Source of the DNA: Rhizaria sp. SCN 62-66 | Taxonomy: Eukaryota | NCBI GenBank assembly: GCA_001724265.1 | Contig: MEDY01000182.1 | Span: 1 to 55,624 of the forward strand | Direction: 5' to 3' | Length of the DNA: 55,624 nt | Shown: positions 46,801 through 55,624 of the stretch, one piece after another | How the letters are laid out: every line of letters starts with the position of its first letter | Numbering within the stretch: position 1 is the stretch's first letter | Program-made: the position numbers and the translations under genes | Notes under the pieces: generated by a model | The model's input: only the letters and a program-made list of their open reading frames with translations | Told to the model about the DNA's origin: nothing | Databases searched by the model: none

Positions 46801-49800
46801 GCCGGGGAACCGACGCGAGAGCCCTTGGACTCGGCGGCATCAGCAGCGCTCGCGTTGGTGCTCGAGTTATTGGCGATAGCAGCGCCAGTGCTGCTGCTAG
46901 TGTAGATGTACTCTGGAGGAGCAATACCGAGGCAAGCGTGCGTTAAGAATGTCGCGACGGCGCCCTTGGACGCGCCGGCGGGCTTGGCCATGATGATGCG
47001 GTGGATATCATAGCTCTTGACGCGGATCGGCGAGTCGGCGAGCATGCGCGTGAGCAGCTTCGACAGCTCGACGGCCTGCCACGACCCGTACTGTGCGTCC
47101 GTTTGGTCGTAGTGCCACTCGACCGAGGCCTCCTTGTCTTCAACCCACGACCCGTCGGTGTGCGTCGCGTATTCGCGCGCCACATCGAGCACGTCGCTCT
47201 TCCACTTGGGCCCCAGCAGCGGGAACAGAGCCTCCCAGCCCAGCCGGTCGACCTTGGCGCCGTCGCTGCGCCGCTGCCCGCGCCAGCCGACCGGCCAGCG
47301 CACGAACACGCCCTCCTCGGCGACCAGCCCGAGCGCCGGGAGCGAGCCGAAGAGCGACTGCAGCGCGGCGCGGCCGCGGCCGGAGACGATGAAGACGGCG
47401 GTCAGCGGGTCCGAGCACAGCGCCTCGAGCGACTGCAACAGGCGCGCGTGCGACGCCGCCGCAGGCGCCGTGCCCTTGCGCAGGCGTGGCGGCGTCAGGG
47501 TGCCGTCGTAGTCCAATAGTAGCAGGCGGGGGCCCGTCGCGGCAAACGCGGGCACCAGCAGCGGGCTCTGGAGACGGAAAAAGTCGCGGCGCACGCCGAC
47601 CAGGCGCAGGTTGTTCAAACCAGTGGGGATCAGATGCAAGTCCGCGTCCAGCAGCGCTGCGGCCGCGAGCTGCTGTGTAAACGTGGCGACCCAGGACGCG
47701 AGGTCATGCGTCATCACGTGCAGCCAGCGCCGCGCGTGGCGGCTGCGGCGGCGGTCGAGCGGCATGTTCACCGCGGCCGCCATAGACACGGCGACCTGGT
47801 CCGCGTCCCAGGGGTTGGTCCGGAGCACGCCCGAGAGCGTGCGCGCGCAGCCGATGAACTCGGAGATGACCACGGCGCCCGGGTCCGACTCGTCCTGCGC
47901 GGCCGTGAACTCAAACGGCAGCAGGTTGAGCCCGTCCCACAGCGGCATGAAGGCGGCGACGCGCGCGGCGCGGTACACCGACACCTTCTGCGAGGTCGTC
48001 AGCGAGTCCTTGGAGATTAGCACGAGCGAGTTGGGCCCGAACTCTTGCAGGATCGAGACGTACTCGCGCGCCACCAGCGCGGCGATGAGGTACATCGACG
48101 CCGTCACGTTAAGCGGTTGCTTGTTGTACATGTAGGTGCCGCCGTTGGTCGCGGGGCTCAGCTGGGGGTTTGACCCCGCCGCGGGCGTCAACGCCGCCAC
48201 CGCACGCTCCACACTGCCCAGGGGGGCGACGAACGCTTCACGGGCAGCGCCCGTGGTACCTGTGGGACCGGTGGTCATGCGGGCGGCGCGGAGGCCCTGC
48301 GCCCAGAGAGCGGAGCCGAAGGCACTGGGGAGACGGTCCACGTCGTCGTTGTACACCGCAGCACTCGCGCTTGCACTCGTAGAGTTAGAGTTGGAGTTTG
48401 TGTTTGTGGTGGAGTTGGGGCGGCGCGGCATGGCGGCGGCGGTGGCGGCGGCGACGACGGCGGCGACGGCATCAGGGCTGACGGCCATGTGCGTGTGCAC
48501 GCCTGGCCACATCGCGCTGCCCGACACCACCGGCAGCCCGGCGCGCACCAGCGCGGCGATGCCCGCGACGGGGCCCGACACCAGGTCCACGAGCGTGACC
48601 GTAGGCGCGAGGTCCGGCCGCGAGCGCAGGAAGTGGCGGTAGCTGCGGAGGAACAACAAAGGCTCGCGCGACGCGGTGAGCTCGCTCGCCGTCAAAATGA
48701 TCTGGCTCTGGCTCTGGCTCTGGCTCTGGCCAGGCTGAGCGCTCTGAGGCAGAGGTAGCGGCACGGCGTTGCTGCCTCCACCGTTGACGCCCACGCTGCC
48801 CGCAGTGCTGCCCGGGAGCAGCGGCACTGGACGTGCGAGTGACTGTCGGATCTCGTCCTCGGCGGCGTGCACGTTGGTGTCGTCCGCGAGCGCGAGGTAG
48901 ACCCAGCTGCGGATGCCCATGTGGCTAACCTGCAGCGTGATCGTGCGGCCCGCGAACTCGAGACTCAGCCCCGCGCCGCCGGGCATGGGCTCGAAGTCGA
49001 GGTTGAGCACACGCTTCGTCGACGACAGGAAGTGGCGCGCGTAGTCGTACGTGTGGAAGCCGATGAGGTCCGCCGCCAGCATGCTCCGCAGCAGCGCGTC
49101 GCGGCGCGGCAGCGCACGGAGCACCTCGGAGGCCGGGAATGGCGTGTGGCAGAACAACCCGATGCGCGTGCGCGGGAGCTTCGCGCGCAGCGACGCCGGC
49201 AGCAGCAGCAGGTGCAGGTTGTGGACCCACACTGTCAGCGTGGCGCGCGTCGACGTCGCCGCGGGCAGGCGCGAGATGGCGTTGGCGAAGGTGATGTTGG
49301 CGCTCACGTACGCCTGCCACAGATCGTCGAGCCCGGAGTCGGCGTCGGGGATGAACGAGTACTGCGGTTGCGTGAAGTGGAACAGCGGCGACAGGATCTC
49401 GCTGGTGAACCGGCGGAAGCGCTGCTCCAGCACGGGGTCGACGAACACACCCGCGCAGTCGGCCGCGGCCAACAGGTCCTCCACGCGGTCGCGGTCACTG
49501 CGGAGGGGGTACGACGCCACCGCGGCCGCGGCCCCCGTCCCGCCGGTGCCGTCGCCGGCGCCGCCGCCACCGTCGCCGTTGGCGTTGGCGCCGGCGCTCG
49601 TGCCGGTGTTGGTCAGAGCGCTGTTGGCGCCCATCTGGGCAGTGCTGCTCGCCGCGGCTGAGGCGGCGGTGGCGGCGGCCGCGGCGGCGACGGCGGTCAG
49701 CGTGGCGGGCGTGCCCAGCGGCATGCAGTGCGCAATCGGCGCCAGCGCCGGGCCGAAAGCTGCGGGAACCGCGCCGAGTGCTGCATTCGACAGCGCGCGC

Positions 49801-51753
49801 CGGTAATGCTCGCGGCGGCGCAGCGACTGGACCGCCGAGAGCGCGTCGGTGAACGCCGCGCCCAGCAGCCGGCGGCCCGCCTCGGAGTCCGTCCAGGGCG
49901 TCGGCGGCGGCGGCAGGCCCGCCATGCTCACGACCACGCCCGCGGGGATGCCGGAGTTGCCGCACGCCGCGCTGGAGCTATGGCCGTGGGCGTTGGTCCC
50001 GCCGCTCGCGCCGCCGCCGCCCGTGTTGGCGCCGCTATCAGCGGCGGGGTCGCCGCCGATCGATGTGGCGAGCACAGACCTCAGCTGTCCCCACCACGAC
50101 TCGGCGTTGCGGAAGCTCTCCAGCTCTAGCTCGCCGCTGCCGCGGACCAGCGCGGCCAAGGCGGCGGCGCGGACGGTGGGCGGCAGGGGCCCGGGCGGGG
50201 AGAGCAGGGGCGCAAAGACGCGGGGCAAAGCGCCGGGGGAGCGCGCGAATGTGTCGATGACGGCGTCCATGGCGGCGTCCTCAAGCTCTTCGGGCGTCGG
50301 GGCAGTCGCACCGGTACTGCCGTTGTCAGCGGTATTGTTGATGTTGTTGTTGTTGGCGCCGAGGACGTGGGGCCGCAGAGCGGTGATCTCCTCGAAGATC
50401 ATCACCGGGTTCCCTCCGTTCACAACAACGCCGCCGTTGTGCACGCCGCTCTTGTTGCTGCAGAGACTGCTCAGCACGCCCCCGGACTCAGTCACGATCG
50501 AATGCGACGTGCTCGAGGTGGCCGTGACGCTGTGGCGCTTGCGCTTCTGCAGCAGCGCCGAGTCCGTGTTGAGGTGCTCCAGCGTCGAGTTCGTCGGGTG
50601 GCAGCGGGAGAAGGTGGCCGCCAGCGCGCGCGCGGGGATCGCGGCCGCCGAGAGCACGGCCGCGGTCGCGGGGTCGGTGCCCGCGGCCACCAGCGTGGCC
50701 TCACTCTGGGCGTCCCTCGCGGCCACAGAGCCCGCCGCGGCACTATTCGCGTCGCTGGCGTTGCTGCGGTTGTGGTGCGCGGAGTACACGGCCGCGAGCG
50801 CCTTCATCGTGTCGATGTCGGTGCGCGAAGGGGCGCGGTAGAGCCGCACCGGGAGGTCCTGTGTGGCGACGACAATGCGTTTAAGCTTCTGGATGCCCGG
50901 ACCGGTCTGCGCGCCCTGCGGCTGCTCACGCTCACGGTCACGGTCATTGTTCATGTGCAGGTGCGAGCTGACCAGGTCGCCGCCGGTGTCGTCGTCATCA
51001 TCGTCGTTGTTGTTGAGGTTGTTGGCACCGCCGCGAGAGCGGAGTGAACGGCGCCGGCGGCCGTGGGCGACCGGGGAGCCCGACCTATTCCCGCTCGCAG
51101 CAGCGGCAGCAGCAGCGGTGGCCGCGTCAGAGCTGTGGCCGCTGTTGCGGCGGCGACCGTGGGCTGCGGCGGCGGATTTAAGTGAAGCCGCGCCCTCCTC
51201 GTCGTCATCATCACCCGCGTGCTGGTGGTGGCCGTGGGCGCGCTTGCCGCTACTGCCGCCGCCGCTGCCGTGATGGTGATGGTGCCTGTGGTGCGCCTGC
51301 GACTGGGGCTGGCGCTGACGCGTCAGATGAGCGATGTGCATGCCGCTCATGCTCATCGTCGCAGACGTCTTGAGCCCCACGCCCGCGCCCGCGTCGGCGG
51401 CGGCGCGCCGGGCCGCGGCGACCACAGCGGACCCAGCGACCGCGGCCTCGACGCGGGAACGCTCCGACACCGCGCCCGCGCCCGCGCCGGACCGGGATCC
51501 GGGGCCGGAGCCGCGCTGGCCGACACCGCCGCTCTTACCGAAGGAGCCCTGAGCAGCGCCGGCCTTGGCGTTTGAGTGCGTGGCGTCGTCGTCAAAGTCG
51601 GCGTCGTCCTCGTCATCGCCATCGCCGGACTCTAAGGGGTCCGAGGAGGTACTTACGTCCGACGCCGGGTCTAAGGGGGGGCGCATGGCAGAGGTGATCG
51701 AGCGGCGACGCTGCTTAGACTGCGACTGTGACTTGGTAGCATCAACACTCCCA

Positions 51754-51801
<48 letters not shown>

Positions 51802-54356
51802 ATGGCGGTGGATTTGCGAGTGTTCGAGCGAACGCCCTCGTCCTCGTCCTCGTCCTCGTCGTTGCCGCCAGAGCCGCTGCCACTGCCACCATCACCATCC
51901 GCACGCTCAACCTTATCGCTCTTGCTCTTGCTCTTGTCGCCCTTCTTGCTGTGGCTCGGGCTGCCGCCGAAACCGGCCCGCTCGCTGTCGCTGCAGTCCC
52001 CCGAGTCGCAGTCTTGGCCCTGGCGGCCCGCTGCGAGCACCGCGGCGGCACTGGGCGCCGCGCCCACGGTCACCCCGCGCGGCCCCTCACGCGCTCCCTC
52101 ACAGGTACTCGCGTCGAGCGTGTTGGTGCGGCGCTCGTGGCGCACCGTGCGGTCCTTGTGGCGTAAGGGGTCTTGGTACTTAGACTTCGCGGCGGCGCTG
52201 GGACTGATGTTAGAACCCCCCGCACCTCTGCCGGACTGATCAGGGGTGGCCTTGCTGCGAGACTGCGACGGCGCCTGTGCATTCGCGCTGGCGCCGCCAC
52301 CGCGCAACCTGACGCCGCTGCCGGCGTTGGCGCCGCCGTTGTTGTTGCAGTGCACGGGCGAATCGGGGACGTCCTCGTCGTCGTCCTCCTCATACATCGT
52401 ACTGTCGCCGTCGCCGTTGACGTCGCCGCGGCTGTGACCGGCCATGCTGACGCTGCTGCTGCTGCCGCCGGTCATCATGCTGTCATCATCGTCGTCGTCC
52501 TCGTCCTCATCTTCGTCCTCGTCCTCGTCGTCGTCGTCGTTGTCATGGGCTAAAGGGGCGCGGGCGACGGCGGCGCTGGAGCTAGAGTTAGAGCTACGCT
52601 GTTGCTGTTGTTGTTGTAACTGTGCACTAGAGCTGGAACTCGCGCCGTTTGCCGCGCTGTTCGCGGCCTTGGCGCTGTAGAGCGCGTGCTTGCCGGGGCT
52701 GTGGGTCGACGTCGGGCTGACGATGCGGGGGGCGCGGAACGACGGCAGCAGCGCGACCTTGGCGCCCCCGGCGCTTGTGTTGACGTTGACGCCCGCCGTG
52801 CTCACGCTGCTGCCGCTGACGGTGTTGCCGAACGAGTTGTGGTGAAGTTTCGAGTGTGACTTGAGGGTGGTGCCGAGTCGAGACGCGTTGGCGTATGAGT
52901 GGCCGGCAACCTCGGCCAAGATACCGGCGTGCAGCGCCAAGTCGCCGCTGGTTACGATCGCGGCGTCGTCGTCGTCGTCGTCCTCGTCCTCGTCCTCGTC
53001 TTCAGTCAGATTATCGCCATCGTCGTCCTCGTCGTCCTCGTCGTCGTCGTTGACTTGACTGCTGCTCGAGAGCGTGTTCGCGACCCCACCGGTAGCAGTG
53101 GTACCGGAACCCGTGAGAGCAAGGTTCGCGGTACCGGAGCCCGTCGTGTTGGTTTGCGTGTGCGTCGCGTCGGTGCCCGAGCCAGAACTGAAGACGCTGG
53201 AGCTCTCGCACGTGCGCGCGCCGCCGCCGGCGATGTAAGTACCTGGGTAAGTACCCCCGCCGGGGGCGTGCTCGTCGCGGCCGTGCGTTGCCACAACACG
53301 GTCACCGCTGCTCACACCGGCCGCACTCGCGCTCGCGCTCGCGCTGAGGCCAGCGCCCGCAGGCACAGCGCCAGCGGCGGCGGGGGCGGCGGCGGCGGCG
53401 GCGGAAGAGTCGCTCTCAGAGAGCGCGGCATGACCGTGGCCGTGGCCGTGGCTAGCGCTGGCACTCCCGCTAGAGCGCGTGCCAGCGCTGTTGCTGGGGC
53501 TGAGCGCGCTCTGGTGGCTCAGACTGGCCGACAGCGGCATCGCTTGTAGTGTATTCGGACCGCCGGCAGTTGTACTGACGCCGCCGCCGCCGCTCCTGCT
53601 GCTCACGGCCGCGAACCCGCTCGTCGTCATCGCGCCAGCGCCGGCGCCTGCGCCTGCACTCGCGCTCGCGCTCAGTGCGCCGTAGCCGCTGCCCTGCGCG
53701 GCGAAGTTCGGGTTCGGCGATGGCAGGTCTCGTCCGAAGCTATAGTGCGTCGAGTAGTGCCGCGAGATACCCAGCCGCAGCCCCTGCGCGGCCTGCAGAT
53801 CGCGCAAGTGGGCGCGCAGCTGGCCTGAATGGGCGCGGCGCGCGGGCGCAGAGGCCGTGGACCGCGCGGACTCGGCCGCGGAGGTAGACGACAGCGCCGG
53901 GGAGGGCGGCGGCAGCGGCGGGCCCGCGGTGGCCGTCAGCGCGGTGCCGGCGGCGGCGGTGTTGAGGTACCCGCTGTTGGGGCCGTTGTCGAAGGCGTTC
54001 GAGAGCGAGGTAGCAAAGGACCGGACGGAGGGGTGCGAGGCAGTCGGGTGCGGGTATGAGCCGGTGGCAGCCGTAGAACTCGCATTGACACTCGCAGAGG
54101 CAGACTGGGAGCGAGAACTAGATGAATCTTGCTGCTGTTGCTGTTGCTGCTGCTGTTTAGACTTGCTGGCGGCAGTCTTCTCGCTGGTGCGTTTGTTCTG
54201 TTGCGCGTCGGACGCAGCCGCCGGAGAGTCGAGCGCGAAGAGCAAGGCGGGGCTGACCGCGGGCTCCGGGTCCGTGGCGAGCGCGGCCAGCACACCGGAC
54301 GCGACGCCGAAGACGCCGACGGCGAGCTGCAACCAGCCGAAGGCGGCGGAACTCAT
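40845..54356 (-). CDS. Giant trehalose-6-phosphate synthase/phosphatase fusion (GT20 + HAD-IIB; Tps2/class II-like); exons 54356-44221 and 44091-40845; about 4460 aa
   Basis: GT20 motifs IGLFCHTPFP, ADLIGFHTYDYARHFL, DGLNL..EF, ISEFIGC and NPWD. TPP motifs LLDYDGTL, VFIVSGR, WVEDKEASVEWHY, KPAGASKG, CLGDGRSDEDVF and CTVGLKPSKA. One phase-2 intron (GTACGC...CAG); stop TAA. Confidence 0.9.
51752..51800. repeat. (GCA/CAG)n trinucleotide microsatellite encoding poly-Ala on the minus strand; representative of many poly-Q/A/N/D repeats in the large genes
   Basis: Near-perfect cagcagcag... run read directly from the sequence. Confidence 0.85.
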
Positions 54357-55441
54357 GGGACGCGGGGTGGAACGCGCGGGGAGCGGCGCGGGGTGGCAGC
54401 GGGCGCGGTGGCAGGGCTGAGGGCGGGGGCACGCGCGGTGCGAGGGCGATGGGCGTGCGCTGTGCGGTCAGATGCGATGCGAACAGGGGCTGAATGCAGG
54501 GTGACGTGTGGCGAAGAGAAGAGTGGCGCTGGGGAGCGACGGTGATCGCAGATACGTCAAAAAGCACGCAAAGCACAGAAAGGCGCAAAAGTCTTTCGGG
54601 TGTGTGCTTGTGTTGTTGGTTAAGCGCAGGTGGGCGCTGAGAACCGTCCTGGAAAGGAAAAGTTCGTGTGTGACGAGAGAGGGGGCAAGAGGTGCTCGAT
54701 TGGAGGAGCAGTCGCTGAAGAGTAAAACAAGAGTTGTAAAGAGCAAGGGCGTGAGAGAAAGGTGCGATAAAAGGGCGCGGGCAGGGGATCGAAAGAAATA
54801 GTCGTATAGAGGCAAGGTGTGAGACGTGGGAGACGTCCGAAAAGAATGTGCTGATCCGATCGGATCGACCAGCGAGAAGCAAACTTCATACATTAATCGC
54901 ATGTAGCGTCAAGATGTAAAAGCAAAACGTGGCGGGAAAGCGCACGTCGTCAAGCATGATATGAAAATGTTAAAATGTACTCGTATAAAAAACGCTGTGA
55001 GTCACAGTTCAATGTCGCAAGCCGTACTTCGACTTCGTGGTCGGTCAAAGCTCAAACCTTAGACCGAAAAAAGCCGGGCTGGCCGAGAGCGACAGTCGGG
55101 AAAAAATGGGCCTTGCGGGTCTTGGGAGGGCGGCGAAAAGGGAAGAGATAATGTGCGTCGTATAGCGGCTTGATGTGAGTGCTAGATGGGTTATTTTTCA
55201 TCTTGGTCACAGGAGTATTAGTGAATATCTTTACGTGGCGTATCTGTCGTCGGTTGGTGCTGTGCGGACATCCGCATGGTGGGCGGCGCCTCCCAACAGT
55301 GCGGGACTCTGACTTGGACCTAATGACAACCTCCTAGCTTCTCCATGCCCCTTAAATGCAATCATGTGTCTGCTCCAAGCTTCATTTCTGACCATTATCT
55401 CATTGTTGTGTCTCTTTATTTCCGCTCCGCAGGCCTGCAAC

Positions 55442-55624
55442 ATGTCTATGCAGATTTTCGTGAAGACCCTCGCGAACAAGACCATCACTCTTGATGTCGA
55501 CCACTCGGACACCATCGAGACCGTCAAGCAGAAGATCCAGGACAAGGAGGGCATCCCCCCGGACCAGCAGCGTCTCATCTTCCAGGGCAAGCAGCTCGAT
55601 GATGGCCGCACCCTCGCGGACTAC
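55442..55624 (+). CDS. Ubiquitin (polyubiquitin or ribosomal fusion), 5' part, truncated by the window end
   Basis: [62 protein letters not shown] pyrimidine tract plus CAG at about 55432 suggests a 5'-UTR intron acceptor. Confidence 0.93.
   Translation, partial: MSMQIFVKTLANKTITLDVDHSDTIETVKQKIQDKEGIPPDQQRLIFQGKQLDDGRTLADY

Noticed and set aside
40849-54545. Numerous long antisense or alternate-frame ORFs (also at 4881-5921, 6580-7869 and 13166-14392)
   Set aside because: They are shadow ORFs expected from high GC3 and repeats opposite real genes, and have no recognisable motifs.
54900-55440. Suppressor tRNA(CUA) or snoRNA in this or the other intergenic spacers
   Set aside because: No convincing cloverleaf, T-loop context or C/D box pair found by eye; tRNAscan-SE or Infernal would be needed.

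Overview
Gene-dense, intron-containing nuclear DNA from a GC-rich aerobic microbial eukaryote; it is not prokaryotic. The window holds eight complete protein-coding genes, two partial ones and one possible pseudogene. In order: the 3' part of rps26; sdhC; an ABCF (GCN20/ABCF3-like) protein with a Tudor-like domain; an intronless LBP/BPI-family gene; a possible frameshifted pseudogene; a 2854-aa VPS9-domain Rab GEF; a 2291-aa NEK kinase; two large unknown low-complexity proteins, one ending in a CaaX box; a 4460-aa trehalose-6-P synthase/phosphatase fusion; and the start of a divergent ubiquitin. The main result is an apparent non-standard nuclear genetic code. Nine in-frame TAG codons interrupt four otherwise open genes, several inside or beside poly-Gln CAG/CAA runs. 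No in-frame TAA or TGA was seen in the reconstructed genes, and all nine visible gene ends use TAA (7) or TGA (2). UAG therefore appears to be a sense codon, most likely Gln (Glu not excluded), while UAA remains a stop. A second oddity is that all 16 reconstructed intron donors read GTNCGY (mostly GTACGT), with C at +4. Gene models were built by hand from GT-AG sites and frame continuity and are not transcript-verified.
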